DNA of 64,000 nucleotides from Candidatus Omnitrophota bacterium (lineage in GTDB: Bacteria; Omnitrophota; Gorgyraeia; Zapsychrales; Fredricksoniimonadaceae): positions 24,196 through 88,195 of the forward strand of contig JAUSEK010000004.1 in the NCBI GenBank assembly GCA_030650275.1, written 5' to 3'. The position numbers and the translations under genes were made by a program. The notes under the pieces were generated by a model. The model worked only from the letters and a program-made list of their open reading frames with translations, did not search any database and had not been told where the DNA came from. Of the stretch, positions 30,830 to 40,351 are shown in pieces. Every line of letters begins with the position of its first letter. The stretch's first letter is position 1.

Positions 30830-31978
30830 TTACATCAAACGCAGGAAACGGCGTTTGCCTACTTTTAAAACGCCTTTTTGCGGCGTCCAATCTTCGTCGG
30901 AAATGACCTTGCCCTCATGGGTGACGGCGCCTTCCTTCAAAAGCCGGCGTCCCTCGTTCTTCGTGGCAATGATCTTCGTAACTGCAAAAATATCTAGTAG
31001 TTTTTGCCCGGATAAGATCTTTATTTCAGGAATGCCATCGGGGGTTTGATGCTGACTGAAGGTACTCTCAAAATGTTCGCGGGCTTTGGCCCCTTCCCCT
31101 TTGGGATGGAACATATCCACCAAGGTTTGGGCCAATTGGAGTTTGGCCTCTTTGGGGTGCATGGCCTTGACCGCTTTCAAATCGGCTTCCGTCAAAAGTT
31201 CATAATAACGCAGCATCAGATCGTCGCTGATGGACATGATCTTTCCGAATATTTCATTGGGAGCATCATTGATGCCGATGGTATTGCCCAGCGACTTGCT
31301 CATTTTCTGCACGCCGTCCGTGCCTTCCAAGAGCGGGGTCATGATGACCGCCTGCGGTTTTTGGCCGTAACTCTGCTGTATCTGGCGACCCATCAACAAA
31401 TTAAATTTCTGGTCGGTGCCCCCCAATTCCACATCGGCTTTCAAATGCACCGAATCGTATCCCTGCAACAGCGGATACAAGAATTCCAACACGCTGATCT
31501 CCTTGCCCGACTCAAAACGTTTTTTGAAATCAGCGCGGGCCAGCATCTGCGCCACCGTCGAACGGGCGCTTAATTTCAGCAGCTCCTGCAGGGTCAATTG
31601 ATTGAGCCACTCGCTATTAAAAACAATTTCGGTCTTTTTGGGATCAAGGACCTTGAACACCTGGGCCTTGTAGGTCTGCGCGTTGATCTCGACTTCCGCA
31701 GGGGTCATTTTCTTGCGCAATTCATTGCGGCCGGTCGGGTCACCGATCTGGGCGGTGAAATCACCGATGAGAAAAACAACCTTATACCCCAGGTCCTGAA
31801 AGGTCTTGAGTTTGCGCAAAAGCACGACGTGACCGAGATGGATGTCGGGAGCAGTGGGGTCGAAACCGGCTTTGATGACCAGCGGCTGGCCCTCACCTAA
31901 TTTCTGGGTGAGTTCAGCAATGCCGATGATCTCGGCGGTACCGCGGCTGATCTTTTGGAGGGCATCCTGAGTTGTCAT
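30830..31978 (-). CDS. tyrS: tyrosine--tRNA ligase
   Basis: 382 aa; HLGH (HIGH-type) and KMSKS motifs, C-terminal S4-like domain. Confidence 0.9.
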   Translation of the reverse strand: MTTQDALQKISRGTAEIIGIAELTQKLGEGQPLVIKAGFDPTAPDIHLGHVVLLRKLKTFQDLGYKVVFLIGDFTAQIGDPTGRNELRKKMTPAEVEINAQTYKAQVFKVLDPKKTEIVFNSEWLNQLTLQELLKLSARSTVAQMLARADFKKRFESGKEISVLEFLYPLLQGYDSVHLKADVELGGTDQKFNLLMGRQIQQSYGQKPQAVIMTPLLEGTDGVQKMSKSLGNTIGINDAPNEIFGKIMSISDDLMLRYYELLTEADLKAVKAMHPKEAKLQLAQTLVDMFHPKGEGAKAREHFESTFSQHQTPDGIPEIKILSGQKLLDIFAVTKIIATKNEGRRLLKEGAVTHEGKVISDEDWTPQKGVLKVGKRRFLRLM

Positions 31979-32028
31979 AAAAAAGAAAGGCGGCCCCTTT
32001 TTAAAAGGACCGCCTGAAAGATCAAAAA

Positions 32029-33570
32029 TTACAAACGCGCGGAGACACCGATTTTCATGCCTTCGACGTCCACCTTGATGATCTTGACCTGCAGGCGGTC
32101 GCCGGGTTTGAGCGCGGCGGCCTGGGTCTTGTCGATCTCGGACGAATACACCAGCGCTTCAATGTCATCTTCCAATTTCACAAAAACACCGAAATTGGAA
32201 TTCATGACGACCTGCGCGTCAACGACGGCGCCCACGGGAAATTTCTGGGCGATCTCATTCCAGGGGTTGGACTGCAGCTGCTTGAGCCCCAAGGTGATCT
32301 TGCGGCTGTCAATATCCACGGCCGCAACGAGCACCTCCACCTCCTGGCCTTTTTGGAGGACTTCCTGCGGGTGATTGATCTTGCGGGTCCAGGACATGTC
32401 AGAAACGTGGATCATGCCTTCCAAACCGCCTTCCAGTTCCACGAAAGCGCCGTAATCCGTGAAACCGCGGACAACACCCTTGATCTGGGAACCGACGGTG
32501 AATTTCTGCGCGGCGCTGACCCAGGGGTTTTCCTCCAGCTGTTTCATGCTCAAGGAAATGCGCTTGGCGTCCTTGTCCACGTTGATGATCTGCACTTCAA
32601 TGATGTCACCCAATTTGAACATTTCCTGCGGGTTGACCATCTTTTTCTGCCAGGAGATCTCCGAGGAATGCAAAAGCCCTTCGATGCCTTTGTCGATCTC
32701 GACAAAAACACCGTAAGGCATGATATTGACGATCTTACCCTTGACGCGGGAATTGGAGGGGAATTTGGCAACGGCATCATCCCACGGGTTGGCGATGATC
32801 TGCTTGTAGCCCAAAGAAACCTTGGAATTGGCCTGGTCAAAATCCAGGATGAGGACCTCGATCCTCTGGCCCACGGAAACCACTTCGGAGGGATGGTTGA
32901 TGCGCGACCAGCTGATGTCGGTGATGTGCAAAAGCCCGTCCACGCCGCCCAAATCGACGAAGGCGCCGAAATCGGTGATGCCTTTGACGGTCCCTTTGCG
33001 CTTCTGGCCTTTTTTCAGTTCGGCCCACAATTTTTCACGGACCGCTTCGCGCTCTTTCTGCACCATTTCCCGGCGAGAAAGGATGAGATTGCGGCGCTGT
33101 TTGTTCATCTTGGCCACCACGAATTTATACGGGTTGGCCGTGATGTCATTATTGGAAAGGCCCTTGAACGCGGAGAGCGACATGGGCAAAAAGGCCTCAA
33201 CGCCGAAAACATCGACAATGTAGCCGCCCTTGACCGCGCGCACGACCTTGCCTTCAATGATATCGCCTTCGTTTAAGTCATCGGCGATCTTCTGCCAACC
33301 TTTAAGCCGTTCGGCCTTGGAAAAAGAAAGGACCAGCCGGCCGTGATCGTCCTCAATGTTCTCGATGAGGACCTCGATCTGCTGGCCGATGACCAGTTCC
33401 TGCGGGTTGCGGAATTCTTCAATGGAAACAAAACCTTCGGACTTAAAGCCGATATCAACAATGACCTCTTTTTGGGTCACGGCCGCGATAATGCCTTTAG
33501 CCACCTCCCCTTCCTTAATATCACGCAGGGTGCTGGCGTAAAGCTCTTCCATGGATAATTCGTTGCTCAT
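32029..33570 (-). CDS. rpsA: 30S ribosomal protein S1 (six S1 domains)
   Basis: 513 aa with repeated S1 RNA-binding domains. Confidence 0.95.
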   Translation of the reverse strand: MSNELSMEELYASTLRDIKEGEVAKGIIAAVTQKEVIVDIGFKSEGFVSIEEFRNPQELVIGQQIEVLIENIEDDHGRLVLSFSKAERLKGWQKIADDLNEGDIIEGKVVRAVKGGYIVDVFGVEAFLPMSLSAFKGLSNNDITANPYKFVVAKMNKQRRNLILSRREMVQKEREAVREKLWAELKKGQKRKGTVKGITDFGAFVDLGGVDGLLHITDISWSRINHPSEVVSVGQRIEVLILDFDQANSKVSLGYKQIIANPWDDAVAKFPSNSRVKGKIVNIMPYGVFVEIDKGIEGLLHSSEISWQKKMVNPQEMFKLGDIIEVQIINVDKDAKRISLSMKQLEENPWVSAAQKFTVGSQIKGVVRGFTDYGAFVELEGGLEGMIHVSDMSWTRKINHPQEVLQKGQEVEVLVAAVDIDSRKITLGLKQLQSNPWNEIAQKFPVGAVVDAQVVMNSNFGVFVKLEDDIEALVYSSEIDKTQAAALKPGDRLQVKIIKVDVEGMKIGVSARL

Positions 33571-33667
33571 TGTATTTAAAACCTCTCTCTATGCAGGAAT
33601 TCTTTGAATGGAGCCATTCAAAGTAGAGGGATTATCCCAAAATATCAAAAAATGTCAAATGAAAAGA

Positions 33668-34252
33668 TTACGCGGGAATCCGGTCAATGCTTTGCAGGAT
33701 GGTTTGGGCGATATTTTCGTAGCTGTCTTTTTGGTCAAAAACCACGGGAGGGCCGTAACGCACGGTTACGAGATGGCGGGTCAGGGACCTGCTGCCCGGG
33801 GGCATGACTTTCTCGGTCCCGCTGACATGGACGGGAATGACCGGCACCCCGGCTTTAACAGCCAGGAATCCGACGCCCGGCTGGGCCTTAGGGAGCGCGT
33901 CCGCGATGCGGCGCGTACCTTCCACGAACATCAAAACAGGCGTCCCTCTTTTCAAACGTTTCAACGCTTCTTTGAGGGCGCCGAAATCCGCCTGGTCGCG
34001 TTTCACCGGAAAAGACCACAACTTTTTAAGGATAAACCCCAGCGGCTGTTTCTTGAACAGCGAATCCTTGGCCATGAAATTGACACGGCGCACGACCGAG
34101 ATCCCCAACACCACGGGATCCAGGTTGCTGATATGATTGCTGGCCAGGATAAAGCCGCCATGTCTGGGAAAATGTTCCATCCCGTAGATGCGGCGGGGGA
34201 AAAAAAGAAAACTGAAGAACTTGGTCAGGAAATAGACAATGTAATAGATCAT
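33668..34252 (-). CDS. 1-acyl-sn-glycerol-3-phosphate acyltransferase-like (PlsC family)
   Basis: 194 aa; NHISNLDP (HX4D) and FVEGTR acyltransferase motifs. Confidence 0.8.
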   Translation of the reverse strand: MIYYIVYFLTKFFSFLFFPRRIYGMEHFPRHGGFILASNHISNLDPVVLGISVVRRVNFMAKDSLFKKQPLGFILKKLWSFPVKRDQADFGALKEALKRLKRGTPVLMFVEGTRRIADALPKAQPGVGFLAVKAGVPVIPVHVSGTEKVMPPGSRSLTRHLVTVRYGPPVVFDQKDSYENIAQTILQSIDRIPA

Positions 34253-34369
34253 AATGTCCGTTAAGAGCGCCGGGCGTGCCGACCGAGGCCGAGCGCGAGC
34301 CAGCCGGCGCAGGGTAGCCGGCTTCGGCGAGCCTCGAGGCCGAGCGAGGCAGGACCGGCGATCTTAACC

Positions 34370-35758
34370 TCAAGGGTCGATCAATTTGCGGCCGAACTCC
34401 AGCAAGTCCTTAGCCCTTTTCAGGGATTTGGCTTCCGAATAAATGCGCACCAGCGGCTCCGTACCCGACGGGCGGAACATGAGCCAGTCCTCATTGTCGC
34501 AAATGAGCTTCACCCCGTCAAAATCTTTCACCCCGGCCACCCTCTTCCCTAATACAGACGTGATGGTCTTAAGCTTGTTGAGGTCCACTTTCTTGGCATC
34601 CATCACGTGATCCAGCCGCTGATAATAATAACGGCCGAACTCTTTTTCCATATCATCAAGCAATTGTTTGAAATTCCGTTTGTTGTAGACCATCATTTCC
34701 AGCAAAAGCAGGCCCGCCAGGGTCCCATCGCGTTCGGGGATATAATCAGGCAAACCCATGCCGCCGGCCTCTTCCCCGCCGGCCACGATCGTTTGGGTGA
34801 CCATGAGATCTGAAATGTATTTGAACCCGACAGGTGTTTCGTAGAGTTTACGGCCGAGTTTGCGGGCGATGTTGTCAAGCATGGTAGTGCCGCACAATGT
34901 TTTAACGATGCCGCCGGGCACCTTGCGGTTGCGGACCAGATGAAGGACGAGCAGGCCGAGGATCTTTTGCGGGCTCACAAAATCCCCACCGGGCGAAATG
35001 GCCGCGATGCGGTCCGCGTCCCCGTCAAGGACCAGCCCAAGGTCAGCCTTCTCTTTTTTCATGCGGCCCATGATGGCCCCCAGGCATTCCGGGATGGGTT
35101 CGGGCTTGTTGCCGTCAAAACCGGGATTGACGTCCGCGCGCATCAACTCCAGACGCACCCCCGTGCCTTTGAGGATGCGGGTCATGAGATCGCCGCCGCT
35201 GCCATGCATGATATCGGTCAAGACCTTGTATTTGGAGCCCTTGATCTTCTTGAGATCCAGGTATCCGCGGATGAAGGCGACGTATTCTTTCTTGAAATCG
35301 TGGACAGTAATTGGTTGATCCGCGGTCTTGACCGGGGAGAGGCCCAAATAGGACTCGACGGCGCCGGTGATGTCTTTCGGCGCGGCCCCGCCCTGGGCGG
35401 TCTTGATCTTAATGCCGTTGAATTTGGGCGGGTTGTGGCTGGCCGTGATCATGATGCCGCCCACCGCCTTCAAACGCACGACCCCGTAGCTCAAGGCCGG
35501 CGTGGGCAAGGAGGTATCGGAAAGAAAAACAGCGATGCCGTTGCCGGCTAAAACTTCAGAAAAAGTACGGGCATACTCGGCGGACAGGAAACGGTTGTCA
35601 TATCCGACGGCAACCGTCTTTTTTGTAAAAGAAGGGTTGTCCTTGTTGACCCAGTCCGCGACGGCCTGCGCCACGATGCGGACATTCTTAAATGTGAACG
35701 TATCGGAAATGACCGCGCGCCAACCGTCGGTGCCGAATTTGATCTCGCTATTGGACAT
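34370..35758 (-). CDS. phosphoglucomutase/phosphomannomutase-family alpha-D-phosphohexomutase
   Basis: 462 aa; TASHNP active-site Ser loop, GGEEAGG sugar-binding-like loop. Confidence 0.8.
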   Translation of the reverse strand: MSNSEIKFGTDGWRAVISDTFTFKNVRIVAQAVADWVNKDNPSFTKKTVAVGYDNRFLSAEYARTFSEVLAGNGIAVFLSDTSLPTPALSYGVVRLKAVGGIMITASHNPPKFNGIKIKTAQGGAAPKDITGAVESYLGLSPVKTADQPITVHDFKKEYVAFIRGYLDLKKIKGSKYKVLTDIMHGSGGDLMTRILKGTGVRLELMRADVNPGFDGNKPEPIPECLGAIMGRMKKEKADLGLVLDGDADRIAAISPGGDFVSPQKILGLLVLHLVRNRKVPGGIVKTLCGTTMLDNIARKLGRKLYETPVGFKYISDLMVTQTIVAGGEEAGGMGLPDYIPERDGTLAGLLLLEMMVYNKRNFKQLLDDMEKEFGRYYYQRLDHVMDAKKVDLNKLKTITSVLGKRVAGVKDFDGVKLICDNEDWLMFRPSGTEPLVRIYSEAKSLKRAKDLLEFGRKLIDP

Positions 35759-36269
35759 ATAACCCTTTCTGCCGGATATAACCGATCACGGCCGCCGGTG
35801 TCAGCCCTTGAATGCTCCGCTTGCAAGACAGGCGGGACCTTATCTGTGAAGAAGATACGGGGCAACATTCGCGATTGACGGCAATGAACGACAAAATGCT
35901 CAATATCCCGTCAATATTTTTCCAGTCCCCAAGTCCTTGGATGCTGTCCTCGCCGATGATAAAAAACAACTGGTCTTTAGGACAAAGGCGGCGGAAATAT
36001 CGGGCCGTATCCACGGTGTAAGAAATGCCGCCGCGTTTGATCTCCGCATCGCAAACGCTGAAGTCCTTATGCCCGCGCACGGCAATGCGCGCCATGGCCA
36101 GCCTGTCTTTGGCCAGAGCCATCTCACGGTCTGTTTTGTGCGCAGAACAATTGACCGGAACAAAAATAACCTGGTCCAACCCGAGCCCCTCCATGGCCGC
36201 CCGGGCCATGAACAAATGGCCGCAATGGATGGGATTGAAACTGCCGCCTAAAAGGCCGATGCGCTTCAC
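35748..36269 (-). CDS. nadD: nicotinate-nucleotide adenylyltransferase
   Basis: 173 aa; GGSFNPIHCGH nucleotidyltransferase motif. Confidence 0.85.
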   Translation of the reverse strand: MKRIGLLGGSFNPIHCGHLFMARAAMEGLGLDQVIFVPVNCSAHKTDREMALAKDRLAMARIAVRGHKDFSVCDAEIKRGGISYTVDTARYFRRLCPKDQLFFIIGEDSIQGLGDWKNIDGILSILSFIAVNRECCPVSSSQIRSRLSCKRSIQGLTPAAVIGYIRQKGLYVQ

Positions 36270-37522
36270 GTCCGTATTTGCCCCCGGCCGTAAATTTGAT
36301 ATTGATAAGACGTCAGCCCCTCCAGCGCCATGGGGCCGCGCACGTGCAATTTGTCCGTGCTGATGCCCACTTCCGCCCCGAACCCGAACTCATACCCGTC
36401 GGTAAAACGCGTGGACGCGTTCACATAGACGCAGGCGGAATCAACGCCTTCCAAAAATTGTTTCGCCTGGGCCTTGTCCCTGGTGACAATGGCATCCGAA
36501 TGGCGCGAACCATAGGTATTGATATGGTCCACGGCCTCCTGCAGGCCGTCCACGACCTTCACGGAAAGGATCAGGTCCAGGTACTCGGTGGACCAATCTT
36601 TTTGTGTCGCTGTCTTAACGTCCCTGACAATGGCGCGCGTTGCCGCGTCACCGCGCAGTTCACAGCCGGCCTTTTGCAGGTCCGCGAGCGCCGCGGGCAG
36701 AAATTTTTTGGCCACGGCCTTGTCCACCAGCAAGGTTTCCATGGCATTGCACACACCCGGTTTTTGCACCTTGGCGTTGAGGACGATCCGGCGGGCCATC
36801 TGCAGGTCCGCTTGGGCGCTGACATACACATGGCAGACGCCCTTGAAATGTTTGATCACCGGGATCCGGGAGTTCTGTGCGACAAAACGGATCAGCTCCT
36901 CCCCGCCGCGCGGAACGATCACATCCACGTATTGTTCGAGTTTTAAAAGTTCTTGCACGGCCCGGCGGTCAACAGGGTCGATCATTTGCAGGGCCTGCGG
37001 CGGAACAGAAGTGCTCCTTAAAGCGTCCTTGAGGACTTTGAAAATGGCCTTGTTGGAATGCACGGCTTCTTTGCCTCCTTTGAGGAGGACGGCATTTCCG
37101 GACTTCAAGCATAAGGCGGCGCAATCGCTGGTCACATTAGGACGTGATTCGTAGATGATCCCGACGACACCTAAAGGCACGCGGATCTTCTTGATGAGCA
37201 AACCATTGGGGCGTTTGAACGTGTCCAACTCTTCTCCGATGGGATCTTTCAGGCGGGCCGTGGCCAGCACGGACTCCGCCATACCCTTGATGACCTTGGG
37301 AGTTAATGTCAGACGGTCGACCAAGGCCCCGGCATAACCGGCCCGTGCGGCCGCGGCGATGTCCCTGCTGTTTTCTTTGATCAAATACGGCTGTTGGACC
37401 AAAAGGGCTTGCGCCATCAAACGCAGGGCCCGGTCTTTTTCCCTGGCCGGGACCAAGGCGAGTTGATAGGACGCCTTTTTAGCGGCTTGCGCGATTTTTA
37501 AAATGCGAGCGGATAAACTCAT
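36266..37522 (-). CDS. proA: gamma-glutamyl phosphate reductase
   Basis: ORF-track ORF over-extended to 37594; the conserved ProA N-terminus MSLSARILKIAQAAKKASYQLA begins at 37522, giving a 44-nt overlap with proB. Confidence 0.9.
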   Translation of the reverse strand: MSLSARILKIAQAAKKASYQLALVPAREKDRALRLMAQALLVQQPYLIKENSRDIAAAARAGYAGALVDRLTLTPKVIKGMAESVLATARLKDPIGEELDTFKRPNGLLIKKIRVPLGVVGIIYESRPNVTSDCAALCLKSGNAVLLKGGKEAVHSNKAIFKVLKDALRSTSVPPQALQMIDPVDRRAVQELLKLEQYVDVIVPRGGEELIRFVAQNSRIPVIKHFKGVCHVYVSAQADLQMARRIVLNAKVQKPGVCNAMETLLVDKAVAKKFLPAALADLQKAGCELRGDAATRAIVRDVKTATQKDWSTEYLDLILSVKVVDGLQEAVDHINTYGSRHSDAIVTRDKAQAKQFLEGVDSACVYVNASTRFTDGYEFGFGAEVGISTDKLHVRGPMALEGLTSYQYQIYGRGQIRT

Positions 37523-38327
37523 GTTCCATGTCTCCGTCGAATATTTTGTCATTCTTCTCGATAAAATACGTGCCGATCTTTTGTCCATCCACAACGCGCG
37601 TCAGAACGTCGCGGATATGGCCGGCGGTGATCACACAAGGAACACCGGCATGAGTGGCGATCTTGACCGCCTCGATCTTGGTTTTCATGCCGCCGCGGGC
37701 GATATGGAAATTTCTTGTGCCGCCGCCCAACCTTTCGATCTGCGCCGTGATCTCCTTGACTTCCTCAAACACTTTTTTGTCGGCGCCGTAAAGCCCGCTG
37801 ACGTCGGAAAGGATCAGCAAAAGGTCCGCGCGCACCAGGCCGGCCACCAGAGCGGAAAGTTTGTCGTTGTCGCCGAACCTGATCTCTTCCGTCGAGGTCG
37901 TGTCGTTCTCATTGATGACGGGAATGACCCCCTCCTTCAAAAGATTGTCCAGCGTATGACGGGAATTCAAAAAACGCACACGCGCTTTAAAATCATCCCA
38001 CGTCAAAAGCACTTGCGCGCATTTAAGCCCCGCCTTTTCAAACAATTTGCTGTAGGTGCGCATCAACACGGCCTGACCGATGGCCGCGCGCGCCTGAAGC
38101 GACGCAAGTTCCGTCGGACGTTTCTTCTCTCCCAACTCCCCCATGCCCAGCACAATGGCCCCCGAAGAAACAAGCACCACCTCGATGCCGCGCTTGCGCA
38201 AACGGCCGACCTGTGAGGCCAAAGACCGCAATTGCGCGGTGCGGGGCTTGAGCGCGTAATCCGCGATCTGACTGGAACCGAGTTTGACGACCACACGCCG
38301 TATGGGTCTGTTGAATGTCCTTGTCAT
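37479..38327 (-). CDS. proB: glutamate 5-kinase (no PUA domain)
   Basis: 282 aa amino-acid-kinase fold, VVKLGSS N-terminal motif. Confidence 0.9.
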   Translation of the reverse strand: MTRTFNRPIRRVVVKLGSSQIADYALKPRTAQLRSLASQVGRLRKRGIEVVLVSSGAIVLGMGELGEKKRPTELASLQARAAIGQAVLMRTYSKLFEKAGLKCAQVLLTWDDFKARVRFLNSRHTLDNLLKEGVIPVINENDTTSTEEIRFGDNDKLSALVAGLVRADLLLILSDVSGLYGADKKVFEEVKEITAQIERLGGGTRNFHIARGGMKTKIEAVKIATHAGVPCVITAGHIRDVLTRVVDGQKIGTYFIEKNDKIFDGDMEHEFIRSHFKNRASR

Positions 38328-39289
38328 AATAGTTTGCGCAGGGCGGCGAGCAATTTGTCCAACCCTTCCTTTTCCTTGGCAGATATGGCGATAATATTTT
38401 TGCTGACCTTACGTTTGAATGTCTTCAAATTCGCTTCAGCCGACGGAAGGTCCATTTTATTGGCCACCAGGACCCTGTGCTTGTGGGCCACTTCCTCGCT
38501 ATAAAGATCCAGCTCCTGACAGGTCTGATGATAATCGTTGATCGGGTCGCGGCCTTCACAGCCGGACATGTCAATGATGTGCACGAGGATTTTGGTGCGC
38601 TCGGCGTGTTTTAAGAACTGATGGCCCAGGCCCTTGCCCTCATGCGCGCCCTCGATCAGGCCCGGCAGATCAGCAATGACAAAATCTTCGGACTCGCCCT
38701 GCTCGTCCTTGACGATCCCCAGGATCGGCGCCTTGGTGGTGAAGGGATAATCGGCGATCTTGGACCTCACCTTGGACACGGCGCAAATGAGCGTACTTTT
38801 ACCGGCATTGGGAAAACCGATCAGCCCCACGTCCGCGATGATCTTCAATTCCAGGCGCACCATGCGGACTTCCCCCGCATGCGGGGGCGTGACCGTGCGG
38901 TTATGGTTATTGCCATGGCCGCCTTCGCCGCCCTTGACCACGGTGACGCTGTCCCCGTGCACGGCAAGATCGCGGATCAAAAGGCCGGTGTCATGGTCCC
39001 ATACCATGGTCCCAACGGGAACCCGCAGGACCCAGGCCGGGCCGTTGGCCCCGGTCTTATTATTGGAGCCGCCGTGGGCGCCGCTTTTGGCCACGTAATG
39101 CTGTTTGAACCGGTAATCCAAAAGGGTGTACAGGTTGCGGTCCGCCATAAAGACAACGTCACCGCCCCTGCCGCCATTCCCGCCGTTAGGGCGGGGATAA
39201 CGCATGTATTTATCCTGGTAATGACTTTCGCATCCTTTGCCGCCGTTGCCGGCCTGGGCCTGAATGCGCGCCTTATCAACAAATGCCAT
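38324..39289 (-). CDS. obg: GTPase Obg
   Basis: ORF-track N-terminus over-extended; Obg fold starts MAFVDKARIQAQAGNGGKGC at 39289; G1 GFPNAGKST. Confidence 0.9.
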   Translation of the reverse strand: MAFVDKARIQAQAGNGGKGCESHYQDKYMRYPRPNGGNGGRGGDVVFMADRNLYTLLDYRFKQHYVAKSGAHGGSNNKTGANGPAWVLRVPVGTMVWDHDTGLLIRDLAVHGDSVTVVKGGEGGHGNNHNRTVTPPHAGEVRMVRLELKIIADVGLIGFPNAGKSTLICAVSKVRSKIADYPFTTKAPILGIVKDEQGESEDFVIADLPGLIEGAHEGKGLGHQFLKHAERTKILVHIIDMSGCEGRDPINDYHQTCQELDLYSEEVAHKHRVLVANKMDLPSAEANLKTFKRKVSKNIIAISAKEKEGLDKLLAALRKLL

Positions 39290-39394
39290 AATAAAACCTA
39301 AAAATCCCGGTTCCCCAAGGGAATGGGATACCGGGATTCCGGGGGAATGGATTATTTTAAAACTTGTGGTGAGCAAGCACAGCGCGTCGAACCA

Positions 39395-39706
39395 TTAAGC
39401 TGCTATCTTCTCAATCCTGATCGTGGTCAGGTCCTGGCGATGGCCGATGGTCCTGGCCGAGTCCTTGCGCTTGCGATACTTGTACGCGATGGTCTTGGGG
39501 CCGCGGGTATGGCCGATCACCTCTGCCTTGACCTCAACATCCTTGAGATACGGCTGGCCGACCTTGACCTCTTTACCGTCGGAAAACAGCAAAACTTTTT
39601 CCACGGTGATCTTTTGTCCGGGCGTATAGTCCAAACGGTTGGCGGCGATGGTCTCGCCTTCGCTCACCTTGAACTGGAACCCGCCTAATTCAATGACTGC
39701 GAACAT
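39395..39706 (-). CDS. rplU: 50S ribosomal protein L21
   Basis: L21 core MFAVIELGGFQFKV begins at 39706 (ORF-track start 39745 is over-extended); no rpmA follows. Confidence 0.9.
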   Translation of the reverse strand: MFAVIELGGFQFKVSEGETIAANRLDYTPGQKITVEKVLLFSDGKEVKVGQPYLKDVEVKAEVIGHTRGPKTIAYKYRKRKDSARTIGHRQDLTTIRIEKIAA

Positions 39707-39780
39707 GAAATGCCCTTTCTTAAATATCCTTGATAGAAGTTTCAATTATACATGGGAAGCGCTAAAGGTCAAAAGGATTA

Positions 39781-40005
39781 TTATCCGACACCTGCGGGTA
39801 AATTTTCTATGTTCACGTTTGCCAGTTCCTGCGGGGTCAAACGCTTGCTGACATCCAAGATCTCGATCCCTATCAAATGCCCCTGCCCATCCAAATCCAC
39901 CATGACCCCTTCTTCGATCTCACGGGTCTTGGCAACGTGCATTTCACGAAAATAAACATAAAGAGCATCAGCATCTTTGCTATATTCGATTTTCATACCC
40001 TCCAT
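39781..40005 (-). CDS. DUF2283-family small protein (antitoxin-like partner of DUF4258)
   Basis: 74 aa MKIEYSKDADALYVYF... pattern typical of DUF2283; low GC and AT-rich third codon positions; directly downstream of DUF4258 gene. Confidence 0.6.
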   Translation of the reverse strand: MEGMKIEYSKDADALYVYFREMHVAKTREIEEGVMVDLDGQGHLIGIEILDVSKRLTPQELANVNIENLPAGVG

Positions 40006-40014
40006 TCCTCCTTT

Positions 40015-40299
40015 TTAGTCCGATTTATCCACCACTGTCAGGACCATAACTTTGCCGGCGGATAACCTGTAAGTCACACGGACGTTCCTTGATCCTATAA
40101 CCTTATAAACATGATATCTATTGTCTTCCAACACCACCGTCTTGTCCGGACTGCTCAATGTCCGAACTACTTCCTCTTCGGAAATTTGCCGCCATTTCAT
40201 GCGACGGCGCGCGTGACGCACATACTCAATTGTCTTGTATTTTACACCAACGGTTTTCGCACCAAAAAATGCCAATATTTTATTCAATGCACTCTTCAT
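40015..40299 (-). CDS. DUF4258-family small protein (putative toxin-like component)
   Basis: 94 aa with HARRRMKWRQISEEEV motif characteristic of DUF4258; 9-nt gap to DUF2283 gene; low GC. Confidence 0.6.
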   Translation of the reverse strand: MKSALNKILAFFGAKTVGVKYKTIEYVRHARRRMKWRQISEEEVVRTLSSPDKTVVLEDNRYHVYKVIGSRNVRVTYRLSAGKVMVLTVVDKSD

Positions 40300-40351
40300 A
40301 AACTAAAATATCATAACATAAAAGATAATATTCTTCAGGATTTTCCGTGCT

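Noticed and set aside
39290-39376. N-terminal extension of the obg ORF (MLTTSFKIIHSPGIPVSHSLGEPGFLGFI…) as a possible degenerate rpmA
   Set aside because: No similarity to L27 in any frame. Obg conservation starts at MAFVDKARIQ. The region is a hairpin-containing spacer.
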